Below, piece by piece: positions 1-23,522 of a stretch of 64,000 bases of DNA. Every line of letters starts with the position of its first letter. The first letter of the stretch is position 1. Position numbers and translations under genes: made by a program. The DNA is from an uncultured Holophagales bacterium (lineage in GTDB: Bacteria; Acidobacteriota; Thermoanaerobaculia; Multivoradales; UBA5704), in NCBI GenBank assembly GCA_963842525.1, contig CAWJGT010000003.1, positions 1,568,001 through 1,632,000 of the forward strand. Reading direction: 5' to 3'. Below the pieces are notes generated by a model. It made no database searches, was not told the DNA's origin, and worked only from the letters and a program-made list of their open reading frames with translations.

Positions 1-3000
1 GTCGGTGAAGGACGACACGGCGTCCACGCCGTCGCGCAGGTTGGCCCAGAAGCGGTCGAGATCGCGCGCCCTGGGGAAACGCCCGGCCATGCCGATGACA
101 GCGATCCTGCCGCTCGCGGCGGCGCGGCGGCGGGAAGACGGCCGGACCGGGGCCGGCGCCGCCTGCTGCCGTCCCAGGTGCTCGGCCTGGGCGCGCACGT
201 TCGGCCAAGCGAAGAGGTCGAGGAGGGGCAGCTCGCGGCCCAGCACCTCCTGCAGGCGGGCGTGCAGCCGCACCAGCAGCAGCGAATGGCCGCCCAGGTC
301 GAAGAAGTTGTCCTCGACCCCGACCCGCTCGACGCCCAGGACCTCGCACCAGACCGCGGCAATGCGTTGCTCCAGCTCGCTCTGCGGCGCGGTCCGTACC
401 TCCGCGGCCGGCGGGGCCTCCGGCGCGGGCAGCGCGCGGCGGTCCACCTTGCCGTTGGGGGTGAGGGGAAGCCGGGGGAGGAGCACGAGCGTGGCCGGCA
501 CCATGTGCGCCGGGAGCCGCTCGCGCAGCGCCCGGCGCAGCTCGGGGATGCGGACCGCGCCCTCCAGCTCCGCCACCACATAGGCGACCAGGCGCTTCTC
601 CCCCTGCTCGTCGCGGACGATCACCACCGCCTCGCGCACGCCGGGCTGGGCGGCGAGCGCCGCTTCGATCTCCCCGGGCTCGATGCGGAAGCCGCGGATC
701 TTGACCTGCAGGTCTGCCCGGCCGGCGAACGCCACCTCGCCGTCCGGCAGGTGCCGCCCGAGGTCGCCCGTGCGATAGATCCGGTCGCGCGGATCTTCGG
801 TGAAGGGGCTGGGACGGAACTTCTCGGCGGTGAGCGCCTCGTCGTCGAGGTACCCCTGAGCGAGATGCGGGCTGCGCACCGCGATCTCGCCGATCTCGCC
901 GAGGCCCGCCAGGACGCCGGCCCGGTTGAGGACCAGGAGCTGGACGTCCCGCATCCCCCGTCCCAGGGGGAGCACCTGCTTGTGCCTCTCCTCCGGCCCG
1001 TCGCCGTCCGGCTCCGCCACGTGGTAGGCCACGGCCCGCTGCGTCTCGGTCGACCCATAGAGGTTGACGCAGGTCACGTTCGGCGCCAGAGACCGGATGC
1101 GGGCCACATCCCGCCGGGTCAGGGCGTCGCCCACCAGGAGCACGCGGCGCAGGGCCGGCACCCCGGTGCGGCCGCCTCCCGCCGGCCGCTCGGTGAGGAG
1201 CTGGCCCATGGCCGGCGTGAGGTGGGCCACGGTCACCCTCTCCCGCGCCATCCAGGCCGCCAGGCGCCCCGCTACCGCGAGGTCCTCCGGATCGGGGACC
1301 ACGAGGGCCGCCCCCAGGTACAGAGGCGTGAAGAGATCGCGCTGCAACGGATCGTGCGCCAGGCCCGAGAGCAGGCTGAAGCGATCGTCCGCCGCCAGCT
1401 CGAAGCGGCGGCACTGCCAGGGAAGGAAATGGGTCAGCGGCCCGTGCCGGCCGACGATCCCTTTGGGCGTCCCCGTGGAGCCCGAGGTGAAGCCGAGGAC
1501 CGCCGGGTCGTCCGGTCCCACTGCCACGGCCGGGGCTGCGGCCTGGAAGCCGGCGAGGCGATCGAGGCAGGCGGCGGCCCCGCCGCGGGGGAGGTCGATC
1601 CGCGGGCAGCCCGCCGCGGCCAGCCAGGCCTCCACCGCGTCGGGGAGGGGGCCGGCGGCCTCCAGGCGCACCAGGGCGCGGGGGGCGGCGAGGCGGAGGG
1701 TCTCCACCAGGCGCGCCGCGGGGTAGGCCGGGTCGAGCACCGTGAAAGCGGCGCCGGCCCGCAGGGCGCCGAGCACGGCCAGGGCGACAGGCGCGCTGCG
1801 GTGGGCGACGACCGCCACGCGGTCGCCTTTCCGGACCCCTTCGGCCGCCAACCCGGCGGCCAGCCGGCGGCTCGCCTCCTCGAGCTCGCCGTAGCTCCAG
1901 GCCCCGTCGCGGTCGGTCACGGCCAGGCGGCCGGGGGCCGTGCGCGCCTGCTCCACGAACAGGTCGTGGATGGCCCCGATCCAGCCCGTGTCCAGGGGCT
2001 CGGCCGGATCGGGGAGCACCGTGCGGGCCCGGGCGGTCACCAGGGAAAGACGGCCGATCGGCTCCTTCGGCCGCTCCAGCGCCTGCTCCAGGAACAGCGC
2101 GAGCTGGTCGAGCAGGTCCTCCATGCGCGCCGAGTCGAAGAGGTCGGCGTTGTAGATCAGGTTGACGTCGATCCCCTCCTCCGGCTCGGAGACGTAGAAG
2201 GTCATGTCGAACTTCGACGGCGGCTCCGGGATGTCGAGCGGCTGCAGAGCGAGGCCCGGCAGGCGCAGCGCGATCGCCGGGTAGTTGAGCAGGTTGAACA
2301 GCACCTGGAAGAGCGGCGTGCGGGAGAGGTCTCGCTCCACCTGGAGGCGCTGGAGCAGGGCCTCGAACGGCACGTCCTGGTGGGAGAACGCCCCCAGGGT
2401 GGTCGCGCGCACCCGGGCCACCAGCTCCGCGAAGCCGGGCTCCCCCGCCAGGTCGGTGCGCAGCACCAGCGTGTTGAGGAAGAAGCCGATCAAGCTCTCG
2501 GCCTCCACGCTCCGCCGGCCGGCGATGGGAGCGCCCACCAGGAGGTCGGTCTGGCCGCTCCAGCGGTGGAGGAGGGCCTTGGCGGCGGCCAGGAGGGTCA
2601 TGAAGAGGGTGGCCCCACGGGCGCGGCCGAAAGCGCGCAGCCGCTCCGCCGTGCCGGCGGGCAGCCGCCGCCGCGCGTGGCCGCCGCGGAAGGCCTGGAC
2701 GGCGGGGCGCGGCCGGTCGATGGGCAGGTCCAGGGGGGCGACCTCGCCGCCCAGGCGTTCCACCCAGTAGGCCAGCTCGCGGTCGCGCGTCGCCTCGAGC
2801 TGGTGGCGCTGCCAGACCGCGAAGTCGGGGTACTGGACCGGTAACTCCGGCAGGCGCGGGGGGCGGCCCAGGACGGCCGCCTCGTAGAGATCGGCGATCT
2901 CGCGCACGAAGACAGCGATCGACCAGCCGTCGGCCACGATGTGGTGGAAGACCAGGAGGAGGCGGTGGCGGTCCGGCCCAAGGCGCAGGAGGGTGGTACG

Positions 3001-6000
3001 GAAGAGCGGCCCGCGACTCAGATCGAAGGGCCGGTTCGCTTGCCCGGCGGCGTGCCGGGCCGCCTCCTCAGCGAGCGCCGCGGGGAGGAGCCCCGACAGA
3101 TCGATCACCGGCAGGGAGGTCTCCAGGCCGGGCAGGATCCGCTGGCGCGGTATCCCGTCCACGGCCTGGAAGACGGTACGGAGCGACTCGTGCCGGCGGA
3201 CCACCTCCCGGAGGGCGCCGGCCAGGGCGCCTACATCGAAGATCGCCGGTGAGCTCCACCGGGCTGGGTATATTGAAAGTGCCCGTGCCCGGCTCCAGAC
3301 GGTCGAGGAACCAGAGGCGCTCCTGGGAGAAGGAGAGGGGGAAGACCTCCTCGCCCGGCCGGCGCGGCAGTCGCGGGATGGTGGCTTCGGCGTCCGACAC
3401 CGCCGCTGCGCTCGAGGTCGGCCGCCAGCGCCTCGATGGTGGGCGCTTCGAACACCCGGCGCACGGGCAGGCTCACTCCCAGAGCCGCGCGCACCCTGGC
3501 CAGCATGCGCGTGGCGAGCAGCGAGTGGCCACCGAGCTCGAAGAAGTCGTCGCGGGCGCCCACCCGCTCGCGGCCGAGCAGCTCCTCCCAAAGTCCGGCG
3601 AGCAGCTTTTCGAGCGGCGTGCGCGGCGCCACCCAGTCGGCCCCGGCGGTCCGGTCCGGGGCCGGCAGCGCCTTGCGGTCCACCTTGCCGTTGGAGGTGA
3701 GTGGAAGGGCGGCAAGGGTCACAAAAACGGCGGGGACCATGTAGTCCGGGAGGCGGTCGCGCAGGGACTGGCGCAGGGTTTCGGCGGCGGCGTCGCCGGC
3801 CACATAGGCCACCAGGCTGCCTTCCCGGACCACGACCACGGCCTCGCGGACCCCCTCCAGGGTGGAGAGGGCGGCCTCGATCTCCTCCAGCTCGATGCGG
3901 TAGCCGCGGATCTTGACCTGGTGGTCGAAACGCCCCAGGAACTCGATGGCCCCGTCCGGGTGGAAGCGGACCAGGTCGCCTGTGCGATAGAGACGCCCGC
4001 CCGGCTCGCCGAAGGGATCGGGGAGGAACCGCGCCGCGGTCAGATCGGGCCGGCCGAGATAGCCACGAGAGAGGGCCGGACCGCCCACCAGCAGCTCGCC
4101 GGCCACCCCGGCCGGCGCGGGCTGCAGGCGGCGGTCGAGCACATAGAGGCGGTTCTCGGCCGAGGGGTGGCCGATGGGGATGGAGACGAGCCCGCGCGGG
4201 CGCCAGTCCGCCGCCCGTCCGACCTCGTAGAGGGTGCAGTTGACCGCCGCCTCGGTCGGCCCGTAGCCGTTGAACAGGCGGCATTCCGGTCCGGTGACCG
4301 CGAAGGCCTCCGCGACGAGCCCCTCTCCCAGGGCCTCGCCTCCGAGATGGAGCACCTGAAGCGGGAGGCGCTCTCCCGCCGCCGCTGCGACGGCACGGAA
4401 GAAGGAGGGGGTGGTGTGGAGGGTGTTGATGCCGTGGCTCCGGACCTCGCGCAGGTAGCCCTCGATGTCGCTGCGCTCGGCCTCGCCGCGCAGGACGAGC
4501 GTGCCGCCGAACAGCAGCGTGGTGAGGATCTCGAAGACCCCGAAGTCGAAGGCATAGGACAGGCTCTGGAGGACCCGCGTGTGCTCGCCAAAGTCGAAGA
4601 CCTCGCGGCTCCAGAGGAGCAGCGGCACCAGGTTCTCGTGGGTGATGGGCACCCCTTTGGGAACCCCGGTCGAGCCGGAGGTAAAGATCACATAGGCGGT
4701 CCCGTCCCCCGTCCCGGCTGTCGCCGGGGAGAGAGGCTCCAGCGCCCGATCGAGGTCGTCCGGGCAGACCACGTGCGCCACGGCCGGGCACCTGTCGAGG
4801 CTCGTCCGGTCGGTGACGAGGACGGTGAGACCGCAGTCGGCGATCATCCGCTCGAGGCGCTCGGCCGGGAGGCCGGGATCGAGCGGCACGAAGCCACGTC
4901 CGGCCTTGAGGATTCCCAGCATCCCCACCAGCAGCGGCAGGTCCGGTGCGGCCATCAGGCCGATCAGGCCGCGGCCTTCGTAGCTCAGGAGCAGGCGTGC
5001 CAGCCGTCCCGCCTGCTCGTCGAGCTCCCGATAGGTAAGGGTCTTCCCCTGCCAGATCGCGGCGATCTTGCCGGGGGTCCGTGCCGCCTGCCGCGCGAAC
5101 AGCTCGTGGATCAGGGTGGGAATCGGGGTCTTCCACCCCGCCGAGCTCCACTCTTCAAGGATCGTCCGGCGCTCCGCCTCGCCGAGCAGGGGGAGCTCGA
5201 AGACGCTCGCCCCGGAAGCCTCGGTGGCCGCCGCGAGGAGGTGCTCGAAGCAGCCGGCCCAGCGTTGGATCGTCCCCTCTTCGAACAGGTCGGCGCTGCC
5301 GATCAGGTCGCCGGCAAAGCCGCCCCCCTCCTCGGCCAGAGCCAGGGAGAGGTCGAACTTGGCCGCCCAGCTCTCCTGCGGGAGCAGCTCCACGGTGAGC
5401 CCCGGCAGACGCAGCGGCTCCACCGGCGTGTTCTGCAGGGCGAAGGAGGCCTGGAACAGCGGTGTGTACGCCAGGTTGCGCCCGGGCTGGACCTCCTCGA
5501 CGAGCTTCTCGAAGGGCAGCTCCTGGTGGTCGTAGGCCTCCAGGGTGTGGCGGCGGGTGCGGGCGAGGAAGCCGGCGAACGAGGGCTCGTCCGCCAGGTT
5601 GGCGCGCAGCACGAGAGTGTTGACGAAAAATCCAATCAGGCCCTCGACCTCGGCGCGCTGGCGTCCGGCCACAGGGGTGCCGACGGTGAGGTCGGTCTGG
5701 CCGGAGAGGCGGGAGAGCAGGGCCTCGAAGGTGGCGAGCAGAACCATGAACGGGGTGGCGCCGGTGCTCAGAGCGAGACGGCGGACCCTCTCGGCCAGCT
5801 CGGGAGAAAGGCGGAGCCGGCGGCTCGTGCCGCGCTCGCTCGCCACGGCCGGGCGGGCGCGGTCGGTGGGCAGCGCCAGCTCCGGCGGCGCGCCGTGCAG
5901 GCGCTCGCGCCAGAAGCGAAGCTCGCCTTCGAGGGCCTCGCCGCTCAGGCGGCGGCGCTGCCAGGCCGCGAAGTCCGCGTACTGGAGCGGGAAGCTCCGG

Positions 6001-9000
6001 CAGGGGGGAGGGCCGGCCGGCGGCGAAGGCCTCGTAGAGGGCCGCGGTCTCGCGCACGAGGATGGCGATGGACCAGCCGTCCGCCACGATGTGGTGGAGG
6101 GTGAGTAGGAGCCGGTGCTCGTCCGAGCCCAGCCGCAGCAGCGTGGTGCGCAGCAGCGGCCCGGCGGCGAGGTCGAAGGGCGCCGCGGCCTCGGCGGCCG
6201 CCAGGCGCCGGGCCTCCCGGCTCCGGGCCTCCTCCGGCAGGGCGGCGAGGTCGACCACGGGCAGGCGGGTTTCAGCCGCCAGGACGACTTGGGGGCGGGG
6301 CTCGCCGCCAGCGTTCATCGGGAAGGTGGTGCGCAGCGTGGCGTGGCGGCGGAGGACCTCGGCGAAAGCGGCGGCGAGCACCGCGGGATCGAGCCTGCCG
6401 GCGAGGCGGGCCGCGGCCGGGATGTTGTAGGCCGGGCCTCCGGGCTGGAGCTGGTCCAGGAACCAGAGGCGCTCCTGGCCGAAGGAGAGGCCCCACTCGC
6501 CCTCCTCCTCTGCCGCCTCCAGGGGCACTGCTTCGGCGGTGCGTGCCCCCAGCAGCCCGGCCACGACGGCCGCCATCTCAGAGAGGGTCGAAGCTTCGAA
6601 CACGGCCGCCAGGGGGATCTCGACGCCCAGGGTTCCGCGCAGCCGGGAGACCATGCGGGTCGCCAGGAGGGAGTGGCCGCCCAGCGCGAAGAAATCGTCC
6701 CGCCGGCCGATCCGCGAGCGGCCGAGCAGCTCCTCCCAGACCGCCGCGATCTGCCGTTCCAGCGGGGAGGCCGGCTCTTCCCAGGCCTCCTCGGCGCCCC
6801 CGTCCTCCGGCAGGTCCAAGCGCTCCAGGGCGCGCCGGTCCACTTTGCCGTTGGGCGTCAGCGGCACCTCGCCGAGGAGGGCGAAGCCGGAGGGCACCAT
6901 GTAGCCGGGGAGCCGCGCCGCCAGCGCCCGCCGCAGCTCGGCCGCACTGATCTGCGCTGCCGGCGCTGGCACTACGCAGGCCATCATGCGGCGGTCTCCC
7001 GCGGCGTCCCGGCGGACGACCACGGCGGCCTCGGCCACGGCGGGATGGGCGCGCAGGGCGGCTTCGATCTCTCCCGGCTCGATGCGGAAGCCCCGGATCT
7101 TCACCTGCTGGTCGAGGCGGCCCAGGAAGTCGAGAGCGCCGTCCGGCCGCCAGCGGGCCAGGTCGCCGGTGCGGTAGAGGCGGGCGCCCGGCTCGTCCTC
7201 CCGCCCGGCCAGCGGGCTCGGTACGAAGCGCTCCGCCGTCAGGTCCGGCCGCGCCAGATAGCCGCGGGCCAGGCCGTCGCCGCCCGCGCACAGCTCGCCG
7301 GGCACGCCCACCGGCACCGGCCGCATCCCGCGGTCGAGCAGCCGCACCCGGGTGTTGGCGACCGGCCGGCCGATCGGCACGGAGGTCCGCGGCGGATCGT
7401 CGACCGCGATGCGGTGGCAGCAGGTGAAGGTGGTGTTCTCGGTCGGGCCGTAGCCGTTGATCAGGGTGCAGCCGGGCAGGCCGGCCAGGGCCCGGCGCAC
7501 GTGCGGCGCGGACAGGGCGTCGCCGCCGGCCAGGAGCTGGGAGAGGCCGCGCAGGCCGTCCAGCTCTTCGTCGATCATCTGGTGGAAGAGGCCCGCGGTG
7601 AGCCAGAGGGTGGTCACCCGGTGCCGCGCCAGCAGCCGGCCCAGCTCGGGGAGGGAGACCGGCCCGGGAGGGGCCAGAACCAGCCGTCCTCCGTTCAGGA
7701 GCGGCCCCCAGATCTCCAGGGTCGAGGCGTCGAAGGACAGCGGAGCGAGCTGGAGGAAGACCTGGTCCCCGTCCAGGCGGGCCCAGTCCGCGCCGCGCAC
7801 CAGGCGGACCACGGCGCGGTGGGGGACGGCCACGGCCTTGGGCCGGCCGGTGGAGCCGGAGGTGTACATCGCGTAGGCGAGCGACTCCGCCGTGGCACCG
7901 CTCTCCAGGGGGCCGGCCGCCGCGCTCTCCAAAGCCTCCCGGTCCCGGTCCAGGAAGATGGTGGGGATGCCGCGGGCCGGCAGGGCATCCGCGTGCGCTT
8001 CTAAGGTCACCAGAGCCGCCGGCCGTGCCTCGTCCAGCAGGCCGGCCAGCCGCTCCTCCGGATAGGACGGGTCCAGCGGCAGGTAGGCGCCGCCGGCCTG
8101 GAGGATGCCCAGGGCGGCCGCCACCATGTCGACCGAGCGGGGAACAGCGAGCGCGACCAGGGCGTCCGGTCTCACGCCGAGGCGGCGCAGGCAATGGGCC
8201 AATCCGTTGGCCCGGGCCGCCAGCTCGTCCCAGGTCAACCGCTCCGCATCGTCCTCGACGGCCACAGCCCCACCGCGCCGCCGCGCCTGCGCGGCGAACA
8301 GCTCGTGGACCGTCGCCTCCCGCGGGTAGTCGGGCCGCGCGCCGTCCCAATCCACCAGCACCTGCCGCCGCTCGGCCTCGCCGAGGAGAGGCAGCTCCCC
8401 GACGGTGCGGCCGGGGTCTTCCAGCGCGCCGTGGAGCAGCGCCTGGAAGTGGTCCAGGAAGCGCTCCGCGGTCGGCCGGTCGAAGAGGTCGGCGCTGTAT
8501 TCCACCAAGCCGGCCAGCCCGCGGCCCTCTTCGCGCCAGAGGAAGCTCAGGTCCACCTTGGCCGTGCCGGTGTGGATCTCCAAAACGGAAAAATCGAGGC
8601 CGCCGAGGCGCGGTGCCGGCAGGGGCTGGTTCTGCAGGTTCAGCAGGACCTGGAAGAAGGGGTTGCGCCCGGGCTCGCGCTCCGGCTGCAGCTCGGCCAC
8701 CAGCTTCTCGAAGGGGACAGCCTGGTGGGACCACGCTGCCAGCGCCACCTCCTGGTCGCGCCGCAGGAGATCGGCGAACGCCGGATCGCCCGCCAGATCG
8801 GCGCGCAGGACCAGGGTGTTGACGAAGAACCCGATCAGCCCCTCGATCTCGGTGCGGTCGCGGTTGGCCACTGCCGAGCCCATCGCCAAGTCGGTCTCCC
8901 CGGTATAGCGCAGGAGCAGGGTCTGGACCAGGGCCAGGAGAGCCACGAAGAGGGTGGTCCCCTGGCCTCGGGCGAGCTCGCGCAGGCGGTCGGCGGTCCC

Positions 9001-9814
9001 GGCAGGGACCTCGGTCAGGAGGTGGTCCCCCCGATGGGCCGCCAGGGCCGGGCGCGGCCGGTCGGCGGGGAGGTCCAGGGGAGGCGTGCCGGCCAAGCGC
9101 TGCCGCCAGAACGCGAGATGCTCCTCCAGAGCCGGGCTCTGGAGCCGCTCGCGCTGCCAGAGGGCGAAGTCCGCGTACTGAAGCGGCAGGCCGGGCAGCG
9201 GCGAGGGCCGGCCGGCGGCGAAGGCCTCGTAGAGGACGGCGACCTCGCGCAGCAGCACGCCGAGGGACCAGCCGTCGGAGATGATGTGATGCAGCGTCAG
9301 GCCGAGGACGTGGTCGGCCGGGCCGAGGCGGACGAGAGGGGCACGCCAGAGCGGGCCGGTCTCCAGATCGAAGGAGAGGCGCGCCAGCTCGGCGACGAGC
9401 CGCGGCAGCTCGTCCTCCCGTGCTGCGGCCGGCAAGGCCGAGAGGTCGATCCGCGGCAGCGCGGTGGGTCCACCCACAGGCGGAGCGCAGATCTGGCAGG
9501 GCTGGCCGTCCCGCTCGCCGAAGGTGGTGCGCAGCGATTCGTGGCGCCGGACCACCTCGGCGAACACCTGCTCCAGGACGCCGTCCGCCAGCGGCCCGGA
9601 CAGGCGCGCCGCCGCCGGGACGTGGTAGGCCGCGCTGCCGGCGCCCAGCTTCTCCAGGAACCAGAGGCGCTCCTGGGAGAAGGAGAGCGGGAGCGGGCCG
9701 TCCGGCCGCGGCCGGCGCTCGACCGGGGCCGCCACGGTCCGGCTTTTCTCGCGCAGCCGGTCCATGAGCTCGCGCAGCCGGTCCGGCGGCAGATCGGCCA
9801 CCCGGCGGGGGCGG

Positions 9815-9822
<8 letters not shown>
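1..9822 (-). CDS. NRPS-PKS hybrid, C-A(Val)-T-C-A(unknown)-T-C-A(Lys2/aminoadipate-like)-T-KS; 3' end outside the window
   Basis: ATG at 9822 follows GGGAGG and overlaps the upstream stop. C motifs HHIISDGWS and HHIVADGWS (twice), A3 motifs (Y/F)TSGSTG, three GGHSLL T motifs, then KS start IAVIGMAGRFP near 110-1. Joined from ORFs 5155-9900, 3231-5846, 3068-3400 and an open frame to base 1, across frameshifts near 5990, 3405 and 3242. Confidence 0.92.
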
Positions 9823-21301
<11,479 letters not shown>

Positions 21302-21668
21302 CTACAACTCCAAGGAGAGATGGCACTTTGCCGAATGCTTGCGTTCGCACCGTAGCCAGATGATCGACTACGTGTCAGACCTAACAGGTAAGGGTGCTCG
21401 AAACCAAGAAAGCGTGACGTTACTGCCCGCGGTTTTGGCCGCCGGCGGGGTGCTGTGGAGAGATCGACGCCACTGGGCAATGTCGTCCGGATTGATCTCC
21501 GCGACCAGGCGACCGGCGAAGCCAGCGAGGATCTTCTTCCAGTGGACCCGGTCCATCTTCACGGAAGCGGCACCCGGACTCCAAACCCCGGGAGCAAGGC
21601 GTCCATCACGTAGTAGGATCGGCCGTGCCAGAGCGGGTTCTAGCGGGTTGAGCGAGGAAGGTTGCATA

Positions 21669-22295
21669 ATGTTTACCGGCATTGTCCAGGAGCGTGGGAG
21701 TCTGACCGGCGATCCCGTGCCGTCGGGACAGGGAGGCGTGCGCCTCTCGCTCGGCCACAGCGCCGAGCTCGGCCGGCGCCTGGAGATCGGGGCGAGCCTC
21801 GCGGTCTCCGGCGTCTGCCTGACGGTCACCGCGCTCGACGGCGATCCGCCGCTCGGTTGTCTGGTTGAGCTATCTCCCGAGACCCTCGCCCGGACCACGC
21901 TCAGTGGCCTGCGCCTGGGCGATCCGGTGAACCTCGAGCCCGCGCTCCGCGTGGGCGACGCCCTGGGCGGCCACTGGGTCCAGGGACACGTGGACGGCAC
22001 GACCGTCGTGGTGGACCGCCGGGACCTCACCGACCACCGGGTCCTCGCCTTCGCCATCCCGCCGGAGCTGGAGCCCTATCTGGTCGAGAAGGGATCGATC
22101 ACCATCGACGGCGTGAGCCTCACCGTCTCGGCCCTCGGCCCGGACCGCTTCGAGGTGGCGCTGATCCCCCGCACGCTGGCGGTCACGACCCTGTCGCTTC
22201 TCGCGCCCGGAGACCGGGTGAACCTGGAGGTCGACGTCCTGGCCAAGTACATCGACCGCATCCTGGCGGCCCGCGGGCTGGTCCCCACGCCGTGA
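21669..22295 (+). CDS. ribE: Riboflavin synthase (alpha-chain type)
   Basis: Diagnostic N-terminus MFTGIV, plus VNLEPAL, GGHWVQGHVDG, KGSITIDGVSLTV and VNLEVDVLAKY. Confidence 0.95.
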   Translation: MFTGIVQERGSLTGDPVPSGQGGVRLSLGHSAELGRRLEIGASLAVSGVCLTVTALDGDPPLGCLVELSPETLARTTLSGLRLGDPVNLEPALRVGDALGGHWVQGHVDGTTVVVDRRDLTDHRVLAFAIPPELEPYLVEKGSITIDGVSLTVSALGPDRFEVALIPRTLAVTTLSLLAPGDRVNLEVDVLAKYIDRILAARGLVPTP

Positions 22296-23293
22296 ACCGC
22301 GCCGCGGAGGCCTCTCCTCCGGTCCGGCCGGCCGCCCAGCTCCCCGAGCCGGGGCGGTTCTGGATCCGCTACGTCCCCCGCGCCTGGGACGTCCCGGAGC
22401 ACCCCTGGGTCCACCTTGCCACCGCGAAGCTGGGGGAGTGGGGTCGCGGCGCCACCCGGGGTGGGTCCCCCTCGGGTCCGTCGGTGCTCGCGGCTCTCCT
22501 GGAGACGCCCCTCGACGACGTGCTCTATCTTCCGCCCGTGCCGCCGCGCCGTGCCGCCGCCCGGGACCAGCTCGCGAGCTCGCGGCTGGTGGACGGCACG
22601 CCGATCCTCCTGCAGCTCTTCCCGGGGGACGAGCCGGGGGTGCCCACGGTGAGCGGGCTCGCCTTCGTGTTCGATCTCCTGCCCGCGCTCCTCGGCCGCG
22701 ACCTCGCGCGCCTGGGGGAGGTGCCGGCCGGGGCCGCGGCGGTCTGGCCCCTGATCCCGGGGCTGACCGACGATCCGGCGCTCTGGGACGAGGGTTGCGC
22801 CGTTCTCGCGCAGGCCGGGGCCCGGCACGTGCAGGCGATGACTCCGGAGCTGTCTCCGAGCGACCGCCGCCGGCTGGTCGACCGGTGGGGGAGCGCAGAA
22901 GGGGTCTTCGAGGCCCTCTTCCATCGCGAGCCCCCGCCCGAACGGGACTTCGCGCGGGCCGCCCATCTCCACGGACTCGCGCCCTTCCTGCCCCGTCCCC
23001 TGCCCCGGCCGCCGGTCCTGAGGATCGAGAACCGGCGGATCGCCGGCGTGCTGGTCCTCCTCGCGGAGCTCTGGCTGCGCCTCGGCCGGACGCCCGAGCA
23101 GGGGCAGTCGTTCTACCGTTCCGCCCGCTGGATCGACGGCACCAACTACGACCTGGAGGCCCTCGTCCACGAGGGGAACCTGGGTGTGCTGCCGCTCGAC
23201 GCGATGAGCCGCGATGTGGTGGCCGAGCAGGTCGAGGCCGGCGAGGTCGGGTTGCTGGCCGAGCTGATGGCGGACTACGTCAAGGAGGAATGA
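22292..23293 (+). CDS. Hypothetical protein with a C-terminal PolX/Pol-beta N-terminal-like helical domain
   Basis: 333-aa ORF with a GTGA overlap onto the ribE stop. The C-terminal NRRIAGVLVLLAEL...SFYRSARWI...LEALVHEGNL segment resembles the PolX 8-kDa domain pattern. Confidence 0.6.
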   Translation: MNRAAEASPPVRPAAQLPEPGRFWIRYVPRAWDVPEHPWVHLATAKLGEWGRGATRGGSPSGPSVLAALLETPLDDVLYLPPVPPRRAAARDQLASSRLVDGTPILLQLFPGDEPGVPTVSGLAFVFDLLPALLGRDLARLGEVPAGAAAVWPLIPGLTDDPALWDEGCAVLAQAGARHVQAMTPELSPSDRRRLVDRWGSAEGVFEALFHREPPPERDFARAAHLHGLAPFLPRPLPRPPVLRIENRRIAGVLVLLAELWLRLGRTPEQGQSFYRSARWIDGTNYDLEALVHEGNLGVLPLDAMSRDVVAEQVEAGEVGLLAELMADYVKEE

Positions 23294-23300
23294 TGAAGAA

Positions 23301-23522
23301 CCTCACCCCCTGTCCCCCTCTCCCATCGCCCCCCCACCGACCGGGAGAGGGGGGACGCGTCCGGGCTCTTCCTCAGAATTCTTCCGGTATGGCAGCGGAA
23401 AGCTCGGCGAAGACGAAACTGGCCGCTCCCACTCCTGTTTGGGCTCGGCAAGATGGCTCGGCCTACGTCCCCCCTCTCCCGGTCGGTGGGGGGGCGATGG
23501 GAGAGGGGGACAGGGGGTGAGG
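23301..23522. repeat. Palindromic element with perfect 57-bp inverted arms (23301-23357 and 23466-23522)
   Basis: Arm CCTCACCCCCTGTCCCCCTCTCCC...GGGAGAGGGGGGACG and its exact reverse complement; each arm is itself a hairpin. Confidence 0.95.

Noticed and set aside
21320-21668. FMN riboswitch upstream of ribE
   Set aside because: No recognisable RFN conserved segments.
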